Below the pieces are notes generated by a model. That model was not told where the DNA came from, did no database searches, and saw only the letters and a program-made list of their open reading frames with translations. A program made the position numbers and the translations under genes. DNA of 64,000 bases from an uncultured Planctomycetota bacterium (lineage in GTDB: Bacteria; Planctomycetota; SKW154; DAOVDS01): assembly GCA_964641955.1 (NCBI GenBank), contig CAZXNM010000005.1, positions 164,066 through 228,065 of the forward strand. The letters are read 5' to 3'. How positions within the stretch are numbered: the stretch's first letter is position 1; the number at the start of each line of letters is the position of its first letter. This document shows positions 55,090 through 64,000 of the stretch, piece after piece.

Positions 55090-56130
55090 GTGAAATTGCT
55101 CAAGGAGCTGTGCGAGGCGCCGGGTATTCCGGGAAACGAGGATGCCATACGCAAAGTAGTTGTCAGGGAACTCAAGGCATCCTGCAACTCCGTGAAGACA
55201 GACATGCTCGGCAACGTGATAGGATTCAAACGGGGCAGTGGCCCGGCTAAAAACCGTCGGCGGGTCATGATATCGGCCCACATGGATGAGATAGGCTTTA
55301 TAGTGAGCCATATCGACGAAAACGGCTTCCTGCGGGTTGACACGGTCGGCGGGATAAACCCCAAGACGATAATAGCGCAGCGTGTGTGGGTATTCGGCAA
55401 GAAAAAGCTCCACGGCGTGATAGGCTCCAAACCGATTCACATCCTTAAAGATGAAGAGAGAAAGAAACCGGCTTCCATAGACGAGATATTCATTGACCTG
55501 GGAATGTCCGGCAAGCAGGTGAAGAAGCTCGTCGATATCGGCGACCCGGTGGTTCTCGAACAGTCGTACGCCGAGATTGGCGATACGGTGTGCTGCAAGG
55601 CGCTCGACGACCGCGTCGGCGTGTACGTGATGCTCGAGGCCGTGAAGAAGGCGAAGAACGCGAAAGCGGATATCTACGCCGTCGGCAGCGTCCAGGAGGA
55701 AGTGGGGCTGCGCGGCGCGATTACGAGCGCCTTTGACGTTGACCCGCACGTGGGCATTGCGCTGGACGTGACGCTCGCGTGCGACGTGCCGGGGGCGGGC
55801 AAGCACCAGCAGATAACGGCGCTCGGAGAAGGAACGGCCATCAAGCTCAAGGACTCGTCCTCCCTGTCGAATCCGAAGCTCGTAAAGAAGCTGCGGGATA
55901 TCGCGAAGAAGAATAAAATAAAGCACCAGCTCGAGATTCTGCCGAGAGGAGGCACCGACGCGGGCGCAATACAGCGCACTCGCGCGGGCGTTGCGGTCTG
56001 CACCATAAGCATTCCCACGAGATACGTTCACTCGGTGGTGGAGATGGTGCACAAGGACGATATCAAGGCGTCAATCGACCTCCTGGCGGCGTTTTTGAAT
56101 TCAGCGCACGAAGGAGATTTCCGGCTCTGA
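55090..56130 (+). CDS. M42 family aminopeptidase (FrvX/cellulase-M-like)
   Basis: GTG start with GGGAGATG RBS. Motifs ...MISAHMDEIGF..., ...DDRVG..., ...SVQEEVGLRGA... are typical of M42 dinuclear-metal peptidases. Confidence 0.8.
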   Translation: MKLLKELCEAPGIPGNEDAIRKVVVRELKASCNSVKTDMLGNVIGFKRGSGPAKNRRRVMISAHMDEIGFIVSHIDENGFLRVDTVGGINPKTIIAQRVWVFGKKKLHGVIGSKPIHILKDEERKKPASIDEIFIDLGMSGKQVKKLVDIGDPVVLEQSYAEIGDTVCCKALDDRVGVYVMLEAVKKAKNAKADIYAVGSVQEEVGLRGAITSAFDVDPHVGIALDVTLACDVPGAGKHQQITALGEGTAIKLKDSSSLSNPKLVKKLRDIAKKNKIKHQLEILPRGGTDAGAIQRTRAGVAVCTISIPTRYVHSVVEMVHKDDIKASIDLLAAFLNSAHEGDFRL

Positions 56131-56167
56131 ACGATAAATCTGCGTACTGGTTGTTGGGGGGCTTGAG

Positions 56168-57745
56168 ATGACCCGTTGTAATGGTTTGTCGGCCGTATCT
56201 GGTCTGAGGATGGCTTTGCTGGTTTGTTGCGCATGTGTGGCTTTGTTCGTTACAGGCTGCAAGGACGACGATGACAACCTGCCTTCATACCTCGGACCGA
56301 AGCTCTACGTAAAGCCGTTTGATAATGCCACCGACTCTGCCGGTTTCACCGGCGTCGGTGGGACGTTCGTGTCGTGGGGCGACTACGATGCCGACGGATT
56401 TGAGGATCTTATTATCGACGGGCGCAGGCTGTTCCACAACAACGGAGACCTGACTTTCACCGAAACAACGGCTGCCGCCGGGATAGACCCGCTTGGCGGC
56501 GGTGCGGGCGCGGCCTGGGCCGACATCAATAACGACGGATACCTCGACCTCTTCTGCTCTGGTTATATCGATGCCACGCCGAGCAGCCTTGACCGCCTCT
56601 ATCTGAACGACGGGCCGCCTGACTATACTTTCACGGATATTACCGCTTCGGCTTTTACTGTGCCCGACAACCGGGACTCGAGGGCGTGCGCGTGGGGAGA
56701 TTTTGACCGGGACGGCTATATCGACCTCTACCTCGTCAATTACGAAGACCCGCCCGGGGCAGGCGCCGGTGACAGGCTGTATATCAACGACAAGGACAAT
56801 ACATTCACCGACGCTACCGTCTCCAGCGGCGTGAACGCCGCTACTCCCTCGGCGGGACGGGCCGTCGCGTGCTGCGATTTCGATGAGGATGGAGACCTGG
56901 ACATCTATGTCGCCAACGATAATTTCGCCCCCAACTTCCTCTGGGAGAACGACGGGTCCGGCTCGTTTACGAACAGGGCTGCTGACGCGCTGGTCGAGGG
57001 ATGGAACGAGGGCGGGCTCGGCCTGTTCGGCTCTTCGACGGGCGTATCGTGGGGAGACTACGACAACGACAACGACTTCGACATGTTCGTCACGAACCAG
57101 AGGTCGTCCTGGCCCGCCTCGTACGAGGATGAAAGCCATCTCTTTATGAGCATCGATGGCGTGATTACTTTCTCGGACCTGTACCCGGATTCGTGGGTGA
57201 AAGCGGACAAGCTGGCTCTCTGTCCCGCCTGGTTCGATTACAACAACGACACGCAGCTCGATTTCTACCTGTGCACGGAGAACGGATGGGGCAAGCTCTA
57301 CAACGGGCACACGACGGGGGCATTTTACAACGTGGCGGGCCGCGCCGCGCTGGGCGTAAAGAACCCCGTGGGCTGCGCCATGGCCGACTACAACAACGAT
57401 GGCAGGCTTGACATCTTCATCTGCGCAACTGACAAGGTGTATCTGTTCAGAAACACGCACGACCAGTACAACTGGCTGAAGGTAAAGCTGGTGGGCGCAG
57501 CCGCCAACAGGGCGGCGATAGGTTCGATAGTCAGGGTAACATGCCCCTGCGTGACGCCCGACACCATAACGCGCCAGGTTGCAGGCTCCAACGGCACCGG
57601 CTGCCAGGACAGCCTGATAACGCACTTCGGAATGGGCAACCACGGCGGACCTTACACGATAGACATAATCTGGGCCGACGGCTCGGCCAGCACGCAGCAG
57701 GTTCTGAGCGCGCCCATTAACCAGCTTCACGTGATATCGCAGTAG
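56168..57745 (+). CDS. FG-GAP/VCBS-repeat lipoprotein with C-terminal ASPIC/UnbV domain (CRTAC1 family)
   Basis: Lipobox VTGC. Repeated DxDxDGxxD calcium-binding-like motifs (GDYDADGFEDL, DINNDGYLDL, GDFDRDGYIDL, CDFDEDGDLDI, ADYNNDGRLDI). C-terminal WLKVKLVG..NR.AIGS.VRV...G..TRQV..G.G..SQDS..HFG block. Confidence 0.7.
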   Translation: MTRCNGLSAVSGLRMALLVCCACVALFVTGCKDDDDNLPSYLGPKLYVKPFDNATDSAGFTGVGGTFVSWGDYDADGFEDLIIDGRRLFHNNGDLTFTETTAAAGIDPLGGGAGAAWADINNDGYLDLFCSGYIDATPSSLDRLYLNDGPPDYTFTDITASAFTVPDNRDSRACAWGDFDRDGYIDLYLVNYEDPPGAGAGDRLYINDKDNTFTDATVSSGVNAATPSAGRAVACCDFDEDGDLDIYVANDNFAPNFLWENDGSGSFTNRAADALVEGWNEGGLGLFGSSTGVSWGDYDNDNDFDMFVTNQRSSWPASYEDESHLFMSIDGVITFSDLYPDSWVKADKLALCPAWFDYNNDTQLDFYLCTENGWGKLYNGHTTGAFYNVAGRAALGVKNPVGCAMADYNNDGRLDIFICATDKVYLFRNTHDQYNWLKVKLVGAAANRAAIGSIVRVTCPCVTPDTITRQVAGSNGTGCQDSLITHFGMGNHGGPYTIDIIWADGSASTQQVLSAPINQLHVISQ

Positions 57746-57920
57746 GGGCCGGGAAGGCTGGAAACGGGAAACCCGCCGGGCATGCGGTGGGCAGGTTTGC
57801 CGTCTCCGCCCCAATCCTCTTGACACGCCTCCGGCGTCTGTGATAAGGTTCTGCCTTTCGACCTGATACGCAACCTCTGAGGGAGGCCCGGCGGAACCGG
57901 GGAGTTTTTGGAGGCATCCG

Positions 57921-60632
57921 ATGGCGGCTAAGAGCGTGTACTTCTTCGGCGATGGCAGGGCCGACGGTCGGGCGGACATGAAGGACCTTCTGGGGGGCAA
58001 GGGCGCGAACCTGGCCGAGATGACGAGCCTGGGCATACCAGTGCCGCCCGGCTTCACGATTACGACGGAAGTCTGCACGTATTTCATGCACAACAGGGGT
58101 CGTTACCCCAAGGGTCTCAAGGCTGCCGTGGAGAATGCCGTGAAAAGGGTCGAGCGAATCATGGGCAAGAAGTTCGGCGACCCGAAAGACCCGCTTCTCG
58201 TTTCGGTGCGCTCGGGGGCGCGCCAGTCAATGCCCGGCATGATGGAGACCGTGCTCAACATCGGACTCACCACGAAGACGGTCGGCGTACTGGCCACAAA
58301 GACGGGCAACGAGCGCTTCGCGTACGACGCCTACCGCAGGCTCATGCAGATGTATTCGGACGTCGTAATGGAAAAGGCCGCGGGCATAGAGCCGAAGGAG
58401 GGGCAGGGCATCAGGATGCAGCTCGAGCACGAGCTTGAGAAGCTGAAAAAGAAAAGGGGCTGCGAGTTCGACACGGAGCTGACGGTCGATGACCTGAAAG
58501 CGCTCGTAAAAACCTACAAGGCCAAAATCAGGAAGGTGCTGGGAAAAAGCTTCCCCGACGACCCCATGGAACAGCTCTGGGGCGGCATTGGCGCGGTGTT
58601 TCGCTCGTGGAACGGCAGGCGCGCGATAGCCTACCGCAGAATCGAGGGCATTCCCGACGACTGGGGCACGGCGGTCAACGTCCAGACAATGGTCTTCGGG
58701 AACATGGGCGAGAACTCGGCCACCGGCGTGGCGTTTACGCGCAACCCGGCCACGGGCGAGAACGCGTTCTATGGCGAGTGGCTCGTGAACGCCCAGGGCG
58801 AGGATGTCGTGGCGGGCATCCGCACTCCGAATCCACTCAACAGAAAGGGCAAGACGGCGGACACGAAGCACATTCTCAGCCTCGAAGAGATGATGCCGGT
58901 TGTGTACAAGAAGCTTGTCGGCATCAGGAACAGGCTTGAAAAGCACTACAGGGACATGCAGGACATAGAATTCACAATCGAGGACGGGCGCCTGTGGATG
59001 CTTCAGACTAGGACCGGCAAGAGAAACGGGATGGCGGCGGTGCGGATGGCGGCGGAGATGGCGGCCGAGAAGCTGATTAACGCCAGGACCGCCGTGAGCC
59101 GGGTCAAACCGTCGCAACTCGATGAGCTGCTCCACCCCATGGTTGACCCGAGGGCCGAGAAAGGCGCACGCGAGATTGCGCGCGGCCTTCCCGCCGGTCC
59201 CGGCGGAGCTGCGGGGCGCATTGCACTCACCGCAGATGAAGCTGAGAAGAGGGGCAAGGCCGGCGAGCAGGTCATACTCGTCAGGGACGAGACTTCGCCG
59301 GAGGACGTAGCCGGCATGCACGCGGCGCAGGCTATCTTGACCGCCAAGGGCGGCATGACGAGCCACGCCGCCCTGGTCGCGCGGGGCTGGGGCAAGTGCT
59401 GCGTCGTGGGATGCGGGGCGCTCGACGTCGATGTCAGGAAGCGCTCGGTCAGCGTGAAAGGCAGGACCTACAGGGAAGGCGACTGGATAACGCTGAACGG
59501 CACCCTGGGACGCGTGTACGAGGGGAAGCTGTCGCTGCTTCCCGCAGACCCCGAGAAGAACAGGTGGTACAAGCAGATAATGAAATTCGCTGACGGGATA
59601 AGGCGGCTCGGCGTGCGAACGAACGCCGACCGGCCGGAAGATGCCGCCATGGCGCGCAGGTTCGGCGCGGGAGGCATAGGGCTGTGCCGGACAGAGCACA
59701 TGTTCTTCGGCGACGACAGGATATCAGCCATGCGCGAGATGATTCTGGCCGAGACCCTGGAAGGCCGCAAAAAGGCGCTGGCAAAGCTCTTCCCGCTTCA
59801 GAAGAAGGATTTCATCGGCATATTCAAGGCGATGGACGGCCTGCCCGTGACCATCAGGCTGCTGGACCCGCCCCTGCACGAATTTCTGCCGAAGGAGAAG
59901 AAGGAGCAGCAGGCAATCGCAAAGTCAACGGGCAAGACGCTTTCGCATCTGAGAGAGGTCATAGCGCGCCTGCACGAACTCAATCCCATGCTGGGGCACA
60001 GGGGCTGCAGGCTGGGAATAACCTATCCCGAGATATACGAGATGCAGGTGCGGGCCATAATGGAGGCCGCCTGCGCTGCGAAGAAGCGTGGAATCAAGGT
60101 GCTGCCGGAGATAATGATACCTCTCGCGGGCAAGCGCGAGGAACTGGCGATTCTCGTGGATATGTCACGCCGCGTGTGCGAAGAAGTGCTGAAGAAGGCG
60201 CGCCTCAGGTTCAAGTACCTCGTGGGTACGATGATTGAGGTGCCGCGGGCAGCGCTCACGGCCGATGAGATTGCCGAAGTGGCGGAATTCTTCTCGTTCG
60301 GAACGAACGACCTGACGCAGATGACGCTCGGATTCTCGCGCGATGACGCGGGGAGCTTCCTGCCGGAATATATCGAAGAAGGCATATACAAGGCGGACCC
60401 GTTCCAGGTGATAGACCGGGACGGTGTGGGGCAGCTTGTGGAAACGGGCATAAGCAAGGGCCGCGCCGCCCGCAAGGGGCTCAAGGTCGGCATCTGCGGC
60501 GAGCACGGGGGCGACCCGGAGACGGTCATCTTCTGCCACGAAGCCGGCATGAACTACGTCTCATGCAGCCCGTTCAGGGTGCCTGTCGCGCGCCTTGCCG
60601 CAGCGCACGCCGTGCTGCGGGACAAGAAATAG
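57921..60632 (+). CDS. ppdK: pyruvate, phosphate dikinase
   Basis: 903 aa. Nucleotide-binding N-terminus (MKDLLGGKGANLAEM), phosphohistidine domain (...GGMTSHAALVARGWGK...) and PEP-utilizing TIM barrel (...NDLTQ...). Confidence 0.95.
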   Translation: MAAKSVYFFGDGRADGRADMKDLLGGKGANLAEMTSLGIPVPPGFTITTEVCTYFMHNRGRYPKGLKAAVENAVKRVERIMGKKFGDPKDPLLVSVRSGARQSMPGMMETVLNIGLTTKTVGVLATKTGNERFAYDAYRRLMQMYSDVVMEKAAGIEPKEGQGIRMQLEHELEKLKKKRGCEFDTELTVDDLKALVKTYKAKIRKVLGKSFPDDPMEQLWGGIGAVFRSWNGRRAIAYRRIEGIPDDWGTAVNVQTMVFGNMGENSATGVAFTRNPATGENAFYGEWLVNAQGEDVVAGIRTPNPLNRKGKTADTKHILSLEEMMPVVYKKLVGIRNRLEKHYRDMQDIEFTIEDGRLWMLQTRTGKRNGMAAVRMAAEMAAEKLINARTAVSRVKPSQLDELLHPMVDPRAEKGAREIARGLPAGPGGAAGRIALTADEAEKRGKAGEQVILVRDETSPEDVAGMHAAQAILTAKGGMTSHAALVARGWGKCCVVGCGALDVDVRKRSVSVKGRTYREGDWITLNGTLGRVYEGKLSLLPADPEKNRWYKQIMKFADGIRRLGVRTNADRPEDAAMARRFGAGGIGLCRTEHMFFGDDRISAMREMILAETLEGRKKALAKLFPLQKKDFIGIFKAMDGLPVTIRLLDPPLHEFLPKEKKEQQAIAKSTGKTLSHLREVIARLHELNPMLGHRGCRLGITYPEIYEMQVRAIMEAACAAKKRGIKVLPEIMIPLAGKREELAILVDMSRRVCEEVLKKARLRFKYLVGTMIEVPRAALTADEIAEVAEFFSFGTNDLTQMTLGFSRDDAGSFLPEYIEEGIYKADPFQVIDRDGVGQLVETGISKGRAARKGLKVGICGEHGGDPETVIFCHEAGMNYVSCSPFRVPVARLAAAHAVLRDKK

Positions 60633-60680
60633 TCGCGGGCGGCCATCCGGCGTGCCCGGGACGCCGCTTTCCGGAGTTGT

Positions 60681-61724
60681 ATGGAACACCTGACTCTGTG
60701 GCTGCAGTTCGTTGGGGCCTCCGCGATTATCATTTTCGCGGGGTCGAGGCTGTCGCGCTACGCGGATGTCCTCAGCGAGAAGCTCAAGCTCGGACACGTC
60801 TTCGTGGGGATGGTCTTTCTCGGCTGGATTACCTCGCTTCCCGAACTCGTGCTTTCGCTGGGCTCGGTCAGGTATGTATGGCCCCCGGAGCCGAACCTGG
60901 CGCTCGGGAACGTCCTCGGGTCGTGCCTGTTCAACCTCGCGATACTCGTAGCCGCCGACATTATCATACTCGGCGGCCTGCTCTACAGCCGGACGAAGAC
61001 GAGTTCCGCGGTCATCGGGCTCGCCAGCCTCGCGATGCTTGTGATTGCGACGGGGGGCCTGAAGCTGGGCAGCGCCGGCAGTCTGCCCTCGTGGCTGGCA
61101 GTGCCGGGCGGTCTGCACATAGACCTGTTTTCATGGATTATCATCCTGTTCTACATCGGCCTGACGGTCTTCCTGTACAGGCACGAGAACAAGACGAAAT
61201 CTCCCGCCGTGGAGGCACCGCCGCCTCCCAAATACGAATCGACCGGCATCGTCCCGATAGCAGTCATGAGCGTTGTCGCCGCGGCCGCAATCGTCGGGGC
61301 CGGCCTCTACCTGTCGGTCCTCGGCGATAAAATCGCGGATAAGTACCCCATAGGCCATACGTTCGTCGGCACGCTGTTTTTCGCGGTGGTGTCCTCGCTG
61401 CCGGAGCTTTCGACCACGTTCGCTGCTGTGAAGCTCGGCCTCTACGACATGGCTCTCGGGAATATCTTCGGGTCCAATATATTCAACATCATGATTATAG
61501 GCATCTCCGACGTGTTCTATACGGAGGGCTCGATATTCACCGGCGGCGCGTCCGGCGTCTCCGCCTGCCACTTCTGGACCGGCAGCTTCGCGATAATAGC
61601 CACGGTCGCGGTGGTTTTCGGGGTCCGCAGGCGCAGCCGGCGTCTCGTCTGGCGGCTCTCGTGGGTCTCGCTCGTGGTCGCCGCCTGCTACTGCATCGGC
61701 CTCGCCATTTCCTACTTCTTCTGA
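60681..61724 (+). CDS. Ca2+:cation antiporter (CaCA/YrbG-like) family membrane protein
   Basis: Two alpha-repeat motifs (GNVLGSCLFNL and GNIFGSNIFNI), ~10 TM helices, and a Pro-rich cytoplasmic loop. Confidence 0.8.
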   Translation: MEHLTLWLQFVGASAIIIFAGSRLSRYADVLSEKLKLGHVFVGMVFLGWITSLPELVLSLGSVRYVWPPEPNLALGNVLGSCLFNLAILVAADIIILGGLLYSRTKTSSAVIGLASLAMLVIATGGLKLGSAGSLPSWLAVPGGLHIDLFSWIIILFYIGLTVFLYRHENKTKSPAVEAPPPPKYESTGIVPIAVMSVVAAAAIVGAGLYLSVLGDKIADKYPIGHTFVGTLFFAVVSSLPELSTTFAAVKLGLYDMALGNIFGSNIFNIMIIGISDVFYTEGSIFTGGASGVSACHFWTGSFAIIATVAVVFGVRRRSRRLVWRLSWVSLVVAACYCIGLAISYFF

Positions 61725-62046
61725 GCCGGTACTTCCAGCCGCAGGCTTGAGTATTTTACCTCACGTCTCAGGTCTCACGTTCACCCTTCCATTCTCCGTA
61801 GTACTACGAAGGACGAATCGCAGTAGCTTTGCTACGGAGAACGGGCCTCAAGCCTCAAGCCCCAAGCCTGAATACAGCCCATCTCTCAAAAACCCCACCA
61901 GTGAAAAAAACTTATACTTTTGCCACCGTAATTATTATTACATTAAAGAGTGGGAGTTGCTTGACACTCAAGGGGCTTTTCTACATAGTCTTGCTAGAAG
62001 GACCGTTACACGAAAGGTATGTACAATGAAATTCTGCTATTTTGAC

Positions 62047-62844
62047 GAGAGTGGCCCAGGAGGAACTAGCATACTCGTTATGGCTGGTGTCATTGTTGAT
62101 GCATCACGGATGCACATCACCAAAAGCGACTGGCAAAATTTCCTCGATCTCCTTTCTGAAGTAGTAGAACGACAAGTAGAGGAATTTCATACCACTGACT
62201 TCTATAGAGGAAATACACCTTGGCGAAATATGGACGGGCCTCAACGAGCAGCGGTTATAAGTACCTTCATTGAGTGGTTGAAGGACAGAAGGCACAAACT
62301 CACTTTTAGTGCAGTTGAAATGGTTAAATATGATGCGCACGTATCAACACACTCTTTCCTGAACAAGCTTCAAAACCCCTGGTGCACCACTGCAATGCAC
62401 TGCGTTCTTCAAGTACAGAAACTGCATCAGCGCCTTCGCAGTAACAAGGGGCATACAGTGCTAATATTTGACCGTGAACAGCGACATGAAACTGAGCTTA
62501 CAGAGTTGGTGTCCACCCCGCCAGATTGCACCCATGATTATTATAATTGCACGGGAAACAACCCGCTTAGTCAGGTCGTTGATGTGCCATACTTCGCTGA
62601 CTCTAAAAAAGCAGTTCTCATACAGGTAGCTGATATGGTGGCCTACATCATTAGACTATATGCGGAACTTGCGCAACGTATAGTAAATGAGAGCTATGAT
62701 GGGGAGTTCAGCCGGTTGCAGGAATGGGTTGGTGAACTTACTCCACTTCTAGTCAACCGCACGATTCGGTATATCAGAACTAATCGCTCGCCAGTAGACC
62801 AGCTATTCTGGGACTTGGCTCCAGATTCCCTGAGGGAATTGTGA
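62047..62844 (+). CDS. DUF3800-family protein (candidate defense-island component)
   Basis: Start ATG 62047 with GAAAGG RBS (the ORF-track N-terminal extension is rejected). MKFCYFDESG... start and ...YFADSKKAVLIQVADMVAYII near the C-terminus fit DUF3800 hallmarks. Markedly lower GC than its surroundings. Confidence 0.6.
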   Translation, partial: ESGPGGTSILVMAGVIVDASRMHITKSDWQNFLDLLSEVVERQVEEFHTTDFYRGNTPWRNMDGPQRAAVISTFIEWLKDRRHKLTFSAVEMVKYDAHVSTHSFLNKLQNPWCTTAMHCVLQVQKLHQRLRSNKGHTVLIFDREQRHETELTELVSTPPDCTHDYYNCTGNNPLSQVVDVPYFADSKKAVLIQVADMVAYIIRLYAELAQRIVNESYDGEFSRLQEWVGELTPLLVNRTIRYIRTNRSPVDQLFWDLAPDSLREL

Positions 62845-62855
62845 TACCCACGTAA

Positions 62856-63059
62856 TTAGGAGAAACCTCGCAATTTTTTGACTACCTCATCGACAATATC
62901 TGCTTTCAGCGCCACCGGGTCAATCTGCACTCCAAGCACTGTGGAGCAGAAAGGGCAACAGTACAAGACTCCGCGCCATGTCCTAGCACCTGCTTTAGCA
63001 TCTGCGGACATAGTATTTACCCACGTTACCAGTTTTCCACATTTTGGACACTTCCCCAT
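62856..63059 (-). CDS. small zinc-ribbon protein
   Basis: MGKCPKCGK...YCCPFCSTV gives CxxC...CxxC. ATG 63059 is preceded by AAGGAGGAG. Low-GC region. Confidence 0.45.
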   Translation of the reverse strand: MGKCPKCGKLVTWVNTMSADAKAGARTWRGVLYCCPFCSTVLGVQIDPVALKADIVDEVVKKLRGFS

Positions 63060-63144
63060 CTTCTCCTCCTTCAATATATACGCAGAATGTTATCTACCAC
63101 ACTTCGGCACACAAGTCAACCAAAAGAGTACGGGCAAAAATGGC

Positions 63145-63173
63145 TTGACTCGCTTCTGATTGCTGCGTACATT
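63145..63173 (+). promoter_or_regulatory. candidate sigma70 promoter (TTGACT-N17-TACATT) for the SIR2 gene
   Basis: -35 at 63145-63150 and -10 at 63168-63173, 33 nt upstream of GTG 63206. Confidence 0.45.
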
Positions 63174-63205
63174 AAGCTCTCATTCTATGTTAACGGAGAT
63201 CAAGC

Positions 63206-63961
63206 GTGAGAGGACGAGTCGTCTTTTTCTTGGGCGCAGGTTTCTCTGCTGGAGCAGGATGTCCGATGATGGACGATTTCGGCACTCAGGCCCTGACACT
63301 TGAAGCGGAAATTGCTGAACATTGGCCTTCTTCGAAACCTTCAAAGTCATTGACAAAATATCTTGAGTATACAGGCGAATGTAGGCCTGCATGGATGATG
63401 AGTTCTCAAGATATTGACTTCGACAATTTCGAGTTTGTCATGAGTATGGCAAGCATGGATTATGTGATTGGCAAGCTAACACAGGAGGAATTGAACGAAT
63501 ACGTAAGTTCCATCGGACTCGTGTACACACACACTCCTTGCCTTGAGTATCTCTCCACTGAAGATTTAGCCTCAGCTAACATGGAATATATGCTCAAAGA
63601 CAATGACAATCATTATAGAAATTGGGCCAGAGAATATCCTGCCTTTGTAGCTCTTTGTGCAGGATTACATCCTGATGCCGAAGGTTATATATTTGATATA
63701 ATCACACTAAACTACGACTGCGTGATTGAGAAGACTGCTCAAGCAATGGGAATAGGTGTGAACTACGGAAAATTGCTGGAATCTCGCGGCGCATTCTACG
63801 ATTTGAAAATACCAGGGTCTAATTCAAGAGAAGTTAAACTGCTTAAAATTCACGGTTCTATTAACTGGTACGCTGCTGAGAATGACAGTATCAGAGAAGA
63901 CTTTTTAGACCCGGGCACTTTATCGCCTAAAGACTTATGTGAAGATGACCTGCCCCCCTAA
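63206..63961 (+). CDS. SIR2-like (SIR2_2/DHS-like NAD-binding) domain protein, putative NADase defense effector
   Basis: VVFFLGAGFSAGAGCP (Rossmann start of SIR2_2), IITLNYDCVIE (the TTNYD motif with the catalytic Asn) and KIHGSINWY (the HGS motif with the catalytic His). GTG start. ~42% GC. Confidence 0.65.
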   Translation: MRGRVVFFLGAGFSAGAGCPMMDDFGTQALTLEAEIAEHWPSSKPSKSLTKYLEYTGECRPAWMMSSQDIDFDNFEFVMSMASMDYVIGKLTQEELNEYVSSIGLVYTHTPCLEYLSTEDLASANMEYMLKDNDNHYRNWAREYPAFVALCAGLHPDAEGYIFDIITLNYDCVIEKTAQAMGIGVNYGKLLESRGAFYDLKIPGSNSREVKLLKIHGSINWYAAENDSIREDFLDPGTLSPKDLCEDDLPP

Positions 63962-64000
63962 AACTGTACCAGTTTGAATGAGAGGATTCTCCGGGTAGAA

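Noticed and set aside
1-64000. Transposases, integrases, rRNA genes, CRISPR arrays
   Set aside because: None detected. No DDE/tyrosine-recombinase-like ORFs, no terminal-inverted-repeat-flanked IS, no 16S/23S-like conserved stretches and no regular repeat-spacer arrays were seen.

Overview
This is a high-GC (~62%) bacterial chromosomal window with dense, mostly operonic coding. Its composition (Wood-Ljungdahl genes together with many secreted HEAT-repeat, PKD/beta-helix and prenyltransferase-repeat proteins) suggests an anaerobic CO/acetyl-CoA-pathway organism, possibly Planctomycetota-like or a candidate phylum; this is inference only.

Main content, in order along the window:
- A secreted-protein/HEAT-lipoprotein/M16 peptidase-pair operon on the minus strand.
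- A complete dTDP-rhamnose operon, rmlA-C-B-D, on the minus strand.
- A secreted prenyltransferase-like protein and a 1230-aa DUF2339 membrane protein with internal tandem repeats.
- A second HEAT-repeat protein, an RHH-domain protein behind a near-consensus sigma70 promoter, and an RRM/glycine-rich RNA-binding protein.
- A complete carbonyl-branch Wood-Ljungdahl cluster on the minus strand: Fur-family regulator, cooC, cooS/acsA, acsB, acsC, RACo, cooC/acsF, an embedded MshEN-like gene, acsD and acsE.
- A MacB-type ABC efflux system: ATPase, FtsX-type permease and HlyD adaptor.
- Two paralogous ~1000-aa secreted PKD plus parallel-beta-helix proteins.
- tRNA-Val(CAC) and tRNA-Ala(CGC), followed by a bAvd/IVS-type four-helix-bundle gene and a membrane-protein gene.
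- Transketolase and transaldolase; a Mop plus TupA-like tungstate-binding pair; a SAM methyltransferase; a flotillin; a HAD hydrolase.
- A secreted protein made of about 20 aromatic-proline (FPLxW) repeats; an M42 peptidase; a CRTAC1-like FG-GAP/ASPIC lipoprotein.
- Pyruvate phosphate dikinase and a CaCA antiporter.
- At the 3' end, a sharply lower-GC (~42-45%) segment carrying DUF3800, a small zinc-ribbon protein and a SIR2_2-domain protein. This looks like a horizontally acquired candidate defense island that runs off the window.

Several large perfect palindromes, one of them next to a truncated Ser/Thr-kinase N-terminal remnant, and a number of intrinsic terminators and promoters are also visible. 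No CRISPR array, rRNA or recognisable transposase was found.
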